From positions 1 through 61,834 of the forward strand of contig DAIOVG010000001.1 of the NCBI GenBank assembly GCA_036759125.1: 61,834 nt of DNA, written 5' to 3'. The notes beneath the pieces are model-generated. The model was not told the DNA's origin, searched no databases, and saw only the letters and a list, made by a program, of their open reading frames with translations. Below, in pieces: positions 1-10,010 of the stretch (positions are counted from its first letter, which is position 1; every line of letters begins with the position of its first letter). Made by a program: the position numbers and the translations under genes. This DNA comes from Candidatus Limiplasma sp. (GTDB lineage: Bacteria > Bacillota > Clostridia > Christensenellales > Aristaeellaceae).

Positions 1-264
1 CGGTCCGCTGGTAATGCGGATGTTTTGACCCATCTCGGCGGCAATAATGCCTGCAAGTGTGGTTTTTCCCAGTCCAGGCGGACCATAGAGCAGAAGGTGA
101 TCAATGGCCTCCCGACGCTCCAGAGCCGCCCTGATGGAGATGCGCAGGTTTTTTTTGATCGGTTCCTGTCCCACATAGTCCCGCAGGGCTTTGGGGCGCA
201 GGGTAGGCTCCTGCTCATCGTCGCCCTGCTTGAAACCGGTTGTGATCAAACGATCGTCGTCCAT
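1..264 (-). CDS. ruvB: Holliday junction branch migration helicase RuvB, N-terminal part (continues beyond the window start)
   Basis: Reverse translation from ATG at 264 gives [41 protein letters not shown]...[23 protein letters not shown]. It has the RuvB Walker A and lies directly downstream of ruvA. Confidence 0.9.
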   Translation of the reverse strand, partial: MDDDRLITTGFKQGDDEQEPTLRPKALRDYVGQEPIKKNLRISIRAALERREAIDHLLLYGPPGLGKTTLAGIIAAEMGQNIRITSGP

Positions 265-282
265 GCCTGTGCTCCTTTACCG

Positions 283-900
283 CTACTGTTTTTGCGCCAT
301 GTAGCGCAGCGCCTGCTTGATGAGTTCATCCGATGTTTCCGCCTGGGATTTGACGTTTTTAATGGCATCGGCGGCCTCCACAGGGGAATAGCCCAGTGTT
401 TTCAACGCAAGCATCGCTTCCGACAGCATATCCTTTGCCGCCGTGTCCGCTTCCATGGCCGCAAACACGGAACCGGCGGTATCGGACGATAGAGCGTCCT
501 TTGACAGCTTATCCTTCAGCTCCAGGGAGATGCGCTGGGCGGTTTTCTTGCCTACGCCCTGCGCGCGGCTGAGCATACCGACATCGCCTGTGAGAATCGC
601 CAGCCGCAAATCCTGCAGCGGCAGGCTGCCAAGCACGCCCAGCGCTGATTTGGGACCGACGCCGCTGACGCTGATCAAATCCAAAAAAAGCTCCCGCTCA
701 TCACGTGTCAGAAAGCCGAAGAGCTCCAGCGTTTCTTCGCGGACAATCAGGTGCGTGTACAGCGCACATTCCTGCCCGGCGGGGGGAACGGATGCGATGG
801 TGTTCAGGCTGCAAAGCAAACGAAACGCGACACCGCCCGTCATCAACAGGACTTCGTTCACGGTTTTCTCAAAGACCGTTCCTTCGATCAACGCAATCAT
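283..900 (-). CDS. ruvA: Holliday junction DNA helicase subunit RuvA
   Basis: 205-aa ORF starting MIALIEGTV...; it has the ELFxxLISVSGVGPKxAL helix-hairpin-helix motif and sits between ruvC and ruvB. Confidence 0.92.
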   Translation of the reverse strand: MIALIEGTVFEKTVNEVLLMTGGVAFRLLCSLNTIASVPPAGQECALYTHLIVREETLELFGFLTRDERELFLDLISVSGVGPKSALGVLGSLPLQDLRLAILTGDVGMLSRAQGVGKKTAQRISLELKDKLSKDALSSDTAGSVFAAMEADTAAKDMLSEAMLALKTLGYSPVEAADAIKNVKSQAETSDELIKQALRYMAQKQ

Positions 901-909
901 CTTACGACC

Positions 910-1404
910 TCATTTCATGATAAACTGTCCGCGCATTGCGCCCATTGCCGCATGGGTGAGAGCAACAGCCAGGGCGTCCGCAGCGTCGTCAGGCTTGGGA
1001 ATCGCTTCCATAGACAGCAATAAACGAACCATTTCCTGGATCTGCTTTTTATCCGCGCGTCCGTAGCCAGTGAGCGCTTGTTTCACCTGCGGCGGGGTGT
1101 ATTCGTACACTTTATTTGTATACTCGGCGGCGAGGGAGACGCAAACGCCTCTAGCAGCGCCGACGGTCAAGGCGGTGGTTACGTTTTTGGCAAAAAACAA
1201 CTCTTCAAAGGCAATCTCGTCGGGGGCAAAGCGCTGTAAAAGTTCCCGGAACTCCGTATGAATCGTGAGGAGGCGCTGGGGGAACGACTGATCCGGCGTT
1301 GTAAGGATACAGCCAAAATCCAGCAGCGTTTGCCTGGATTGCTTCTCCGAAACCACGCCCCAGCCGAGTGTAGCAAGTCCCGGATCAATGCCGAGTATGA
1401 CCAT
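910..1404 (-). CDS. ruvC: Crossover junction endodeoxyribonuclease RuvC
   Basis: MVILGIDPGLATLGWGVV... is the typical RuvC N-terminus. I chose the internal Met (164 aa) over the 197-aa ORF start, and there is ruvCAB synteny. Confidence 0.88.
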   Translation of the reverse strand: MVILGIDPGLATLGWGVVSEKQSRQTLLDFGCILTTPDQSFPQRLLTIHTEFRELLQRFAPDEIAFEELFFAKNVTTALTVGAARGVCVSLAAEYTNKVYEYTPPQVKQALTGYGRADKKQIQEMVRLLLSMEAIPKPDDAADALAVALTHAAMGAMRGQFIMK

Positions 1405-1568
1405 GCAAATCCTCCCGAACGTTTCTTCCATCATACGAAGACATGGTGGCTTTGTCAATGTCAGCGCATAGGCCATTATACCGTATCCGTAACGAGAAAG
1501 CAAACAAATGTTCTATTGTTGAACCGAAGCAAAGCAGATAGAATAAAGGATAGAAAACGAAGCGAGGA

Positions 1569-2207
1569 ATGCCGATGAGCGCATATCTGACCCTTGGCAA
1601 ACAAGCCGAAACGCAATTCACCGTACAAAAGAGCCGCTTCATCGGATTTGCAGCGCCAGCTGCAAATGCGGAGGATGCGTTAGCCCTGCTTGATACGATC
1701 AAGAAGAACAGCCGGGACGCATCGCACCACTGCTTTGCTTATATCATCGGGCAGAACAAAGGCATTCAGCGCTACAGCGACGACGGTGAACCCTCCGGCA
1801 CAGCGGGGAAGCCCATCATCGAAGTGATGAGTGCAAAGGGTGTTGTGGATTGCATTGTGGTGGTAACGCGATACTTCGGCGGAGTCCTGCTGGGAGCGGG
1901 CGGCTTGACGCGCGCTTATGCGCACACCGCGTCGCTTGCCATCGAGGCGGCCGGAATCAGCACGATGCATGAAACGGTTCGGCTGGATCTGGCGGTTGGC
2001 TATCCGCTTTGGGATAAGGTTCAATACGGACTGCAGGCGCTGCCGGTCATTGTGGAAGATACCGAGTATCTTGATCTCGTCAAGGTTTCACTGCTCTGCC
2101 GTGTAACGGATGAAACACATGTTCAGGATGAGCTTGTCAGAATAACGGACGGAAAACTGACTCCGAAGCGAAACGGCGACCCGCTTTATTATCCCTGGAG
2201 TATATAA
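1569..2207 (+). CDS. YigZ/IMPACT family protein (UPF0029)
   Basis: 212 aa with KSRFIG...ASHHCFAY...DDGEPSGTAGKPI motifs typical of the YigZ family. Confidence 0.8.
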   Translation: MPMSAYLTLGKQAETQFTVQKSRFIGFAAPAANAEDALALLDTIKKNSRDASHHCFAYIIGQNKGIQRYSDDGEPSGTAGKPIIEVMSAKGVVDCIVVVTRYFGGVLLGAGGLTRAYAHTASLAIEAAGISTMHETVRLDLAVGYPLWDKVQYGLQALPVIVEDTEYLDLVKVSLLCRVTDETHVQDELVRITDGKLTPKRNGDPLYYPWSI

Positions 2208-2235
2208 AAAACCTCTCCCGTTGGGAGAGGTTTTC
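2205..2235. terminator. Bidirectional rho-independent terminator between convergent genes
   Basis: The hairpin acctctccc-gtt-gggagaggt is flanked by an A-run upstream and a T-run downstream. Confidence 0.75.
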
Positions 2236-2243
2236 GCAATGAT

Positions 2244-3428
2244 TCAATCAACAATGGAAGAGAAGGTCAGGATGCAATCCGGCGGCAGCTGCGCGATGAA
2301 GGTTTTCCCGCGCGTCAGCTGAATCTCGTTGCCCTGATCATCGTAATAAACCGTGGGGGAGTCTTCCGACTCGCGAATCCAGTAACCGGGGATAAAGCGG
2401 CCGCCGATGAAAATGTCCGCATTGCCCTTTCCAACGCTCTGCATGAGAGGAGCGATCTTATTATTGTTAGCATATTCATACTTAACACGCTGGACGATCA
2501 CGTTGGAGAAGGTTAGGGGGATCTTGTCGCTCTCCTCCCGGTCATCCACCGAGGCGTAACTTTGAAACAAAACATCTCCGGAATAACGGTAATAGATGTT
2601 GTCCATCTCATCATACAGGAAATGCGACACATAGCTTTCCTGACCCCAGTCAAGGTTAATTTTGTAGGCAAAATCGTACCCTTCTGTGTACGGGTTCAAA
2701 TCCGCGAACAGAAACGCGCGGGGCTGGGAAGTATATTCGCAGGGTATCAGGTTGCGAAGCCCGACAATATCCGCGTCCAGATTCTCCGGTCCTTTGAGCC
2801 CTTTGACTCTCTGAGAATAATTGCGCGTGAGATTGGTTTCCAGGTCGAAAGCTACGCCTTTTTCATACGCGCCAAGCTTCTTAAGCATTTCTTGAATATC
2901 GTTGTCCTCAATTTCCGGGCCGCCACGGAACACTAATCCAGCCTGCCATTCCTCCCGCAGGCTGACATGGCCGACACGTGCCGAGCGAACGGGACCGAAT
3001 GAAAGGGGGTATCCTTCGTCAAGGCTGTCGCTGAACAGGAAGGTCATGCGGGTATATCCGGTACGGTAGAGGATCGCTTCATACACAATATCAGCGTGCT
3101 GCCCGCCCCACGGGGCGCGGTTTCCCACACCTGCAAGGGTTTCACTCTTGTTGTTAACATCAACGCTGGCCATGGCGTTGCTGAACTGCACAAGCATCGG
3201 AAGGTAAAAGCCCAGCCAGCTTTGCCCGGTTGTCGGGCTTTCGCCTGAGATGATCGGGTTACGAACGGGCGGGGTGTTCGGGGAGATATTGCGGTCTGGC
3301 GTGTTTTGCAGTACCGTGCCCTCCAGCGGCAGTGTGAAATCATTATCGGAATGCTCGGAAGCGAGCGCCGGGATTGTAATGGACATCATCAAGACCACCG
3401 CGACCAGAAGGCTTGACCACTTTTTCAC
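2244..3428 (-). CDS. Secreted DUF3048 (YerB-like) family protein
   Basis: 394 aa with an N-terminal signal peptide (MKKWSSLLVAVVLMMSITIPALA). The PTTG...RAPWGGQHADIVYEA...GYTRM pattern resembles the DUF3048 N-domain. Confidence 0.6.
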   Translation of the reverse strand: MKKWSSLLVAVVLMMSITIPALASEHSDNDFTLPLEGTVLQNTPDRNISPNTPPVRNPIISGESPTTGQSWLGFYLPMLVQFSNAMASVDVNNKSETLAGVGNRAPWGGQHADIVYEAILYRTGYTRMTFLFSDSLDEGYPLSFGPVRSARVGHVSLREEWQAGLVFRGGPEIEDNDIQEMLKKLGAYEKGVAFDLETNLTRNYSQRVKGLKGPENLDADIVGLRNLIPCEYTSQPRAFLFADLNPYTEGYDFAYKINLDWGQESYVSHFLYDEMDNIYYRYSGDVLFQSYASVDDREESDKIPLTFSNVIVQRVKYEYANNNKIAPLMQSVGKGNADIFIGGRFIPGYWIRESEDSPTVYYDDQGNEIQLTRGKTFIAQLPPDCILTFSSIVD

Positions 3429-3622
3429 GGTTAACGTACCCCCATATCTGAATTGTTTACTGCAAGAATTCGGATTTTATCTCGATCATTGTAGCACCGT
3501 GAAAAACGAGTGTCAATCTTTCACAGTAGGTTTTACGTTTCGTTACAATGACTGGCAACAGCTTTCCTTTTTATGCAGATTGATGTAGAATATCTGGGAT
3601 TGAAGATAGCTGAGGTGTTGTT

Positions 3623-4420
3623 TTGTTCAAGACTATACACGGATGCACAGTTCGCTATGAGCTCAAAGCCAATGCGCAATCCGATGCGCTCCCCGTTTTA
3701 TTTTTACATGGCTGGGGCTGCGACGTGGACATCTTTCACGGGTTGATGGATGCGGTTGAGGGTGAAGCCACCCTGGCCGCGCTCGATTTTCCCGCGCACG
3801 GCGAGAGCGGCGATCCGCCGCAGCCTTGGGGCGTCGAAGACTTTGCCGAGCTGGTCAGGGAGCTGCTTGAAAGCGTAAACATCCAAAAAGCCGATATTGT
3901 AGCGCATTCGTTCGGGGCAAGGGTAGCTATCTATTTGGCTGCGAAATACCCGCAAATGGTGAACAAGATCGTTATCACGGGCGGCGCAGGCGTGAAAAAA
4001 CCGGCAGACGCGCAAGCAAGTCAAAAAACCAAACGGTATAAGCGCCTGAGCGGTGCCGTACGAGCTTTGATGAAGTTCCCGCCACTGACAAAGCCAATGA
4101 AAGCATTGCAGGAAATGCTGATTCAGAAATACGGATCGCGGGATTACGCAGCGCTGAGCGAATCTATGCGCCCGACCTTTGTGAAGATCATCTCCGAAGA
4201 CCTGACGCCAATGCTCAGCCAAATCAAAGCGCCAGTGTTGCTCATCTGGGGCAGCAATGATACAGAGACACCGCTTTGGATGGCACAAACGATGGAACGC
4301 GAGATCGTCGACGCCGGTCTGGTTGTTTTCGAGGGCAGAACGCATTTCGCGTTTTTAGAAGAAAGCGCGCGCTTTGCAACGATTGTAAAACAATTCTTCT
4401 GGGGAGGGGCAAAGGCATGA
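3623..4420 (+). CDS. Alpha/beta-fold hydrolase
   Basis: 265 aa with a TTG start after the gaggtg RBS. It has the LFLHGWG oxyanion region, an AHSFGA nucleophile elbow and a late His. Confidence 0.8.
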   Translation: MFKTIHGCTVRYELKANAQSDALPVLFLHGWGCDVDIFHGLMDAVEGEATLAALDFPAHGESGDPPQPWGVEDFAELVRELLESVNIQKADIVAHSFGARVAIYLAAKYPQMVNKIVITGGAGVKKPADAQASQKTKRYKRLSGAVRALMKFPPLTKPMKALQEMLIQKYGSRDYAALSESMRPTFVKIISEDLTPMLSQIKAPVLLIWGSNDTETPLWMAQTMEREIVDAGLVVFEGRTHFAFLEESARFATIVKQFFWGGAKA

Positions 4421-6027
4421 CACAGACGCTCTTCCGCGGAGTATCGGGGCTGATCCCCGTAATCGTAGCCGTGCTTTCCGCGCAGGGGATACTGCACCTG
4501 TTTCAGCTGGAAAGCTACCAGTTTCCGGGATTTTTCCGCTCCGTCAAGCGCAATCCGGTACAGGCCTGGGCGCCGGGTGCTCTGTCGGCGCTTGCATCGC
4601 TGATATTGCTGACTGTGCTATGGAGTTTGTTTGACGATCTGCTAAGCATTGCGGCGCAGATTGCAGTACTCGCTGGATTTCTCGCGGCTGCTGTTGGCGC
4701 TGGACTCCTGATCCGGCGTATGCTTGCGAACCGGAAAGCCAAGAAACCATTCGTATTTACCGCGCGCGTCAAACGCTTGTATGGCTTTTGCTTTGTGTTG
4801 CTGGGAGTTTCATCCTTCCATATATCCAGTCACGTGATCGTATGGATTGCGTCACTCTGGCCCTTGCTGTTGCCTGTATGGATTACTGCTTGCGGTTTGG
4901 TTGCCTGGGGACTTGAAAAGATCATCAGTGAGGCTTACTTTCGCAGCGCGCGAAAAAAGCTGATTGCCCAACATGATCTGATCCGTATCGGCATCACCGG
5001 AAGCTACGGGAAAACCTCCGTCAAGCAGATTCTCGGTACGATTCTGGAAGAAAAATACTCCGTACTCATCACGCCCAAGAGCTTCAACACACCCATGGGT
5101 GTAACGAGAACCATACGGGAGCGGCTTTTGCCCTCGCATCAGGTGTTCATCGCCGAGATGGGCGCGCGGCATGTGGGCGACATCAAAGAGCTGTGCCGCC
5201 TGGTCAAGCCGACGTTTGGCATCCTGACGTCGGTCGGTCCGCAGCATCTGGATACTTTTAAGACTGTAGAACGTGTTGCCAAGACCAAGTATGAGCTGAT
5301 CGACGCGCTGCCAGCCGACGGACAGGCGTTTATGATTGACGATGGCGCAATATGCAAACAGCTCTATGACCATACGGTGAAACCTAAAACACTTGTCTCG
5401 TCTCTCAAAGGCGATGCGGATGTATGGTGTGAGAACAGCTCCATATCGCCTGAGGGCAGCGCGTTTACGCTGTGCTTCCGGGACGGCGAACATGTAGAGG
5501 TGACCACTCGCCTTTTGGGCGAACATACTATACAGAATATACTCCTCGCAGCCGCTGTAGCCAGGAAACTTGGACTTTCCGGACAGCAGATTCTGCGCGG
5601 GATTCGCCGGATTCAACCTGTGCAAAGCCGTATGGAGTTGATAAAGAACCCGAACTCTTATACAATCATCAATGATGGGTTTAACGCCAATCCAGTCAGC
5701 GCCAAGGCCGCGTTGGATATCCTCAGCCAGTTCCCCAAGCGCCGCATTGTTATTACCCCCGGTATGGTGGAGCTCGGCGTGGAGGAAGCGGCGTTCAACA
5801 AGGCGTTCGGCATGCAGATTGCCAAGGCGGCCGATATTGCGATTGTCGTTGGGAAGAAGCGCGTACAGCCGATTTTGGAAGGCCTGCGGGAGGCAGGATT
5901 TCCTGAGGCCAGTATTCACAGGGTGAACAGCCTGGAGGAATCAACCCTGGTTTTGCAAAAGCTGGTACACAAAGATGATACCGTTTTGTACGAAAACGAT
6001 CTTCCGGATAATTATCAGGAAAACTAG
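4417..6027 (+). CDS. murF: MurF-like UDP-MurNAc-tripeptide--D-Ala-D-Ala ligase with an N-terminal multi-pass membrane domain
   Basis: The start is an ATGA overlap with the upstream stop. About 185 aa of hydrophobic helices are followed by GITGSYGKTS (P-loop), AEMGARHVGDI, SVGPQHLDTF and INDGFNANPVSAKAAL (MurF-type motifs). ddl lies immediately downstream. Confidence 0.75.
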   Translation: MTQTLFRGVSGLIPVIVAVLSAQGILHLFQLESYQFPGFFRSVKRNPVQAWAPGALSALASLILLTVLWSLFDDLLSIAAQIAVLAGFLAAAVGAGLLIRRMLANRKAKKPFVFTARVKRLYGFCFVLLGVSSFHISSHVIVWIASLWPLLLPVWITACGLVAWGLEKIISEAYFRSARKKLIAQHDLIRIGITGSYGKTSVKQILGTILEEKYSVLITPKSFNTPMGVTRTIRERLLPSHQVFIAEMGARHVGDIKELCRLVKPTFGILTSVGPQHLDTFKTVERVAKTKYELIDALPADGQAFMIDDGAICKQLYDHTVKPKTLVSSLKGDADVWCENSSISPEGSAFTLCFRDGEHVEVTTRLLGEHTIQNILLAAAVARKLGLSGQQILRGIRRIQPVQSRMELIKNPNSYTIINDGFNANPVSAKAALDILSQFPKRRIVITPGMVELGVEEAAFNKAFGMQIAKAADIAIVVGKKRVQPILEGLREAGFPEASIHRVNSLEESTLVLQKLVHKDDTVLYENDLPDNYQEN

Positions 6028-6039
6028 CGGGAGGGCAAT

Positions 6040-7254
6040 ATGGATACAATGCAGTTGGGCATCATTTTCGGGAGCCGTTCCTGCGAGCACGAGGTTTCCA
6101 TCATCAGTGCTCTACAGCTGATGAAGGCCGTAAACCCGGACAAGTATACGGTGATTCCCATATATATCAGTTTGCGCGGAGAATGGTTTACGGGCGAGCC
6201 GCTCAAGGACATCAAGACCTATCAAAACTTCGATCCGTACCAGAAGGGAATCACCCGCGTGTTCCTGGATTCCACGGCAGGCACCGGCGCGCTGACGACC
6301 TTCGACGCGCCCAAAGGCCTGTTCAAGCAGGAAAAACAGCGCCTTGCCGCAAGGCTGGATTGCGCTATTCCCGTGATGCACGGCATGCATGGGGAGGACG
6401 GTACGCTGCAGGGAATGCTGGAAATGTGCAACATTCCATATTCCAGCTCCGGCGTCGCGGCATCCGCCGTTGGTTTAGACAAAGCCTATATGAAAGACTT
6501 TTTCAGGGGCTGCGGATTTCCAGTGCTGGAAAGCGTCTGGGCGCTGCGCAGCCAGTGGGAATCGGATTCGGTCGAAGTGATCAAGAAGATCGAAGAAAAG
6601 CTGCAATATCCGGTGTTTGTCAAGCCATCGTCGCTGGGTTCGTCCATCGGTGTAAGCAAAGCCAGGAATTTCGGGGAACTGCGCGATGGGCTGGAGCTTG
6701 CTTTTGAGTTTGACCGCAAGGTATTGATTGAAAAAGGGCTGGAAAGCCCGATCGAGCTTAACTGCTCCGTGCTCGGCTATAACGACGACGTGACGGCATC
6801 GCCCATTGAGATGCCTGTTCTGGGTGGCGACCTCTTAAGCTTTATGGACAAGTACCTGCAGGGCGGCAAGAACGCCACCAAGGGGATGGCATCCCTGAAA
6901 CGCGTGCTTCCAGCGCCCATCGAGCCGGAGCTGACCGAGAAAATCCAGACCCTGTCCAAGGAGATTTTCAAGGCGATGGATTGCAAGGGCGTAGTCCGCA
7001 TCGACTTCATGTACGACGCGCCTTCGAACGGACTTTACATTACTGAAATCAACACCATTCCAGGCTCGCTTGCTTTTTACCTGTGGAACGAGGCCGGCCT
7101 GAAATATCCGGAGCTGATCGACAAGATGGTTGCCTATGCGCTCAAGGCGCATGAGGAGAAGAATACGAGCAACTACGCGTTCTCGTCCAGTATCCTCAAG
7201 GAAGCGTCCTTGGGCTTGAAAAACGGCGGCAAGATCGGCACAAAGCAGCCGTAA
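6040..7254 (+). CDS. ddl: D-alanine--D-alanine ligase
   Basis: 404 aa with GIIFGSRSCEHEVSIISA, the HGxxGEDGTLQG motif and EINTIPG at the ATP-grasp C-terminus. Confidence 0.92.
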   Translation: MDTMQLGIIFGSRSCEHEVSIISALQLMKAVNPDKYTVIPIYISLRGEWFTGEPLKDIKTYQNFDPYQKGITRVFLDSTAGTGALTTFDAPKGLFKQEKQRLAARLDCAIPVMHGMHGEDGTLQGMLEMCNIPYSSSGVAASAVGLDKAYMKDFFRGCGFPVLESVWALRSQWESDSVEVIKKIEEKLQYPVFVKPSSLGSSIGVSKARNFGELRDGLELAFEFDRKVLIEKGLESPIELNCSVLGYNDDVTASPIEMPVLGGDLLSFMDKYLQGGKNATKGMASLKRVLPAPIEPELTEKIQTLSKEIFKAMDCKGVVRIDFMYDAPSNGLYITEINTIPGSLAFYLWNEAGLKYPELIDKMVAYALKAHEEKNTSNYAFSSSILKEASLGLKNGGKIGTKQP

Positions 7255-7266
7255 AGGAGACACAGT

Positions 7267-9147
7267 TTGGATCTTTGCGATATCAAAAACCCGATCGATA
7301 TATCCGGCCTAAGTGAGAAGGAATGTCAAAAGCTCGCCGCGGAAATACGGGAGACCATCATTCATACCGTATCCGAAAACGGTGGTCACTTGTCGTCCAA
7401 TCTCGGCGCGGTGGATATGACCATCGCGCTGCACCGGGCGTTTCATTCGCCTGCGGACAGGATTGTGTTCGACGTCGGACATCAGGCATACACACATAAA
7501 TTGCTTACCGGCCGGTATGACCAGTTTCACACGCTTCGCCAGTACGGTGGTATTTCCGGCTTTCCCAAATGCTGCGAAAGCGAACACGATTGCTTTGAGA
7601 CCGGTCACGCAAGCACAGGCATCTCTGCCGCGCTGGGCTTGGCGCGCGCGCGAGACCTGCGGGGGGAGACCCATCATGTGGTCGCGGTTGTTGGCGACGG
7701 CGCGTTAACCGGCGGCATGTGCTACGAAGCGCTAAACGACTGTGGAAATACCAAAACAAAGCTGATCATCGTGATCAACGACAACGAAATGTCCATCACC
7801 AAGAATGTCGGCGCGCTCAGCAAGTACCTGGCAAAACTGCGGTCCAGCCGCGGCTGGTACACAGCCAAGCGCAAGGTGGAAAAGGGACTGCACCGCATCC
7901 CGTGGATCGGCGCGCCAATAGCAAGAATGCTGTATACGCTGAAAAAGGCTATCCGCACGCTGTTCGTGGACGAGAGCTTTTTCTCTACCCTTGGATTTGC
8001 GTATATGGGCCCGATTAACGGCCACGATATCAAGGCGATGGAACAGGTGTTCCGCCGGGCGCAGCTGATGGATGAGCCTGTTGCGATTCACCTGAATACC
8101 GTCAAGGGCTTCGGGTACCAGAACGCTGAGGAGAATCCCGATATATTTCACGGAACGCCGCCGTTTTTTATTGATAACGGCCTGACCCAGGAGGATATCA
8201 AGCGTTCGTACGGCAGCATCGCTGCGGAGCTTTTAACGGAAATGGCGGAGGCTGACAGCCGCATCACAGTCGTAACCGCCGCCATGACGTTAGGTACCGC
8301 GACCGACGACTTTGCGGTGAAGTACCCGCATCGCTTTTTTGATGTTGGGATTGCGGAAGAGCATGCGGTGACCCTGTGCGCTGGGCTTGCAAAGGGCGGA
8401 ATGCGCCCGTACTTCTTTGTGTATTCCACCTTCCTGCAACGGGGGTACGATCAGGTTATGCACGACGTGTGCATCCAGAACCTGCCCGTTGTATTCATGT
8501 TGGACCGCGCGGGGCTGGCCAACGGCGATGGTGAAACGCACCAGGGCTTGTTCGATATCGCTTACCTTCGTCATATTCCCAATTTGAGAATTCTGGCGCC
8601 ATCAGACACCCAGGAGCTTTCCGAAATGGTGCGGGCGAGCATCGAGTTTGATGGACCGTGCGCCATCCGTTACCCTAAAAAAGCAGTTGCACGCGACCCC
8701 AACCGTGAAGCGGCTCCCTTTGTGCTGGGTAAGTGGAACACGCTGCAAGAGGGAAAGCAGGGGGCGATCCTTGCCGTTGGCAGCATGATCGGCATTGCGC
8801 TGGATGCCGCCAAAACCTTGCTTGGCGAGGGGTTAGATATGGAAGTGATCAACGCGTCCACCGTCAAACCGCTGGATATGCAGGTGCTGGCTCGCCTTGC
8901 GGAGGCGAAAACGCCCGTTTATACGCTGGAAGAGCATGTGCTGGACGGCGGATTTGGCAGCGAAGTACTGGAGTATAACGCGGTACATGCGCTTAAACTG
9001 TCCGTTTGCCCTATTGCCATCCCCTCGCAGTTTGTCACCCATGGCGACCACAAAACGCTGCTGAAGCAGACCGGATTGGACATCGCATCGGTGGCTCAGG
9101 TCATCAGGATTTCCATGCAGCACGCTGGTACGATCCATGAACGATAA
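7267..9147 (+). CDS. dxs: 1-deoxy-D-xylulose-5-phosphate synthase
   Basis: 626 aa with a TTG start. It has GGHLSSNLGAVDMTIALH, DVGHQAYTHKLLTGR and GDGALTGGM (TPP motif). Confidence 0.95.
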   Translation: MDLCDIKNPIDISGLSEKECQKLAAEIRETIIHTVSENGGHLSSNLGAVDMTIALHRAFHSPADRIVFDVGHQAYTHKLLTGRYDQFHTLRQYGGISGFPKCCESEHDCFETGHASTGISAALGLARARDLRGETHHVVAVVGDGALTGGMCYEALNDCGNTKTKLIIVINDNEMSITKNVGALSKYLAKLRSSRGWYTAKRKVEKGLHRIPWIGAPIARMLYTLKKAIRTLFVDESFFSTLGFAYMGPINGHDIKAMEQVFRRAQLMDEPVAIHLNTVKGFGYQNAEENPDIFHGTPPFFIDNGLTQEDIKRSYGSIAAELLTEMAEADSRITVVTAAMTLGTATDDFAVKYPHRFFDVGIAEEHAVTLCAGLAKGGMRPYFFVYSTFLQRGYDQVMHDVCIQNLPVVFMLDRAGLANGDGETHQGLFDIAYLRHIPNLRILAPSDTQELSEMVRASIEFDGPCAIRYPKKAVARDPNREAAPFVLGKWNTLQEGKQGAILAVGSMIGIALDAAKTLLGEGLDMEVINASTVKPLDMQVLARLAEAKTPVYTLEEHVLDGGFGSEVLEYNAVHALKLSVCPIAIPSQFVTHGDHKTLLKQTGLDIASVAQVIRISMQHAGTIHER

Positions 9148-9958
9148 AACACGCGTTGATGTTGCCATGGTGGGGCAGGGTCTGGCTGAAAGCCGGGAGA
9201 AGGCACAAGCGCTCATCATGAGCGGCGTTGTGTACATCAAAGAACAAAAGGTGCTAAAACCATCCGAGAAGGTTTCCGAGGAGGATGAAATCACCGTTCG
9301 TGGGCTGAAACCGCATCCTTACGTCAGCCGCGGCGGCTTGAAACTGGAAAAAGCGCTGCGCAGCTTTTCGCTGGATGTTTCCGGTATGACAGCGCTGGAT
9401 ATCGGCGCGGCGACCGGCGGTTTTACGGATGTTTTGTTGCAAAACGGCGCGAAACACGTTGTCGCTGTGGATGTCGGGTACGGCCAGCTGGATTTGAAGA
9501 TCCGCAACGACGAGCGTGTGACCGTGCTGGAGCGCACCAATGCGCGTTATCTCACGAATGAAATGATCGGCGGGCTTACTCCTGATATTACGGTCATGGA
9601 TGTGTCCTTTATCTCAGTCAAGCTGATTCTGCCCGCGGCGGCGGAGCTGATGAAAAAAAGCGGTATATTCTGCATATTGATCAAACCCCAGTTCGAGGCC
9701 GGGCGGGAAAATGTGGGCAAGCACGGTGTGGTGCGCGAAAACAGCACCCGGCTTGCCGTCATCAAGGACATCCGCGACTTTGCCGTGCAAATGGAATATA
9801 CCTTGACACAGCTCGATTATTCGCCTATCCGGGGGCCTGCCGGAAACGTAGAGTTTCTGGCGCTGATACAGCCTGCTTCGTTGGGTATGGAATCGATTTT
9901 GGATACGCAAATTGAGACGACTGTAATCCGGGCTGAAAAATCGTTTGTCTTGCAATGA
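9137..9958 (+). CDS. tlyA: TlyA family rRNA (cytidine-2'-O)-methyltransferase
   Basis: 273 aa with an S4-like N-terminus, YVSRGGLKLEKAL and DIGAATGGFTDVLLQNGA (SAM motif). It overlaps the dxs end by 11 nt. Confidence 0.9.
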   Translation: MNDKTRVDVAMVGQGLAESREKAQALIMSGVVYIKEQKVLKPSEKVSEEDEITVRGLKPHPYVSRGGLKLEKALRSFSLDVSGMTALDIGAATGGFTDVLLQNGAKHVVAVDVGYGQLDLKIRNDERVTVLERTNARYLTNEMIGGLTPDITVMDVSFISVKLILPAAAELMKKSGIFCILIKPQFEAGRENVGKHGVVRENSTRLAVIKDIRDFAVQMEYTLTQLDYSPIRGPAGNVEFLALIQPASLGMESILDTQIETTVIRAEKSFVLQ

Positions 9959-10010
9959 ATGAATATTCACAATATAATATACAGGAGTAGTATGTAACAG
10001 GAGAAGCGAA

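Noticed and set aside
4852-5919. 355-aa minus-strand ORF inside the murF-like gene
   Set aside because: It is a shadow ORF opposite clear Mur-ligase motifs.
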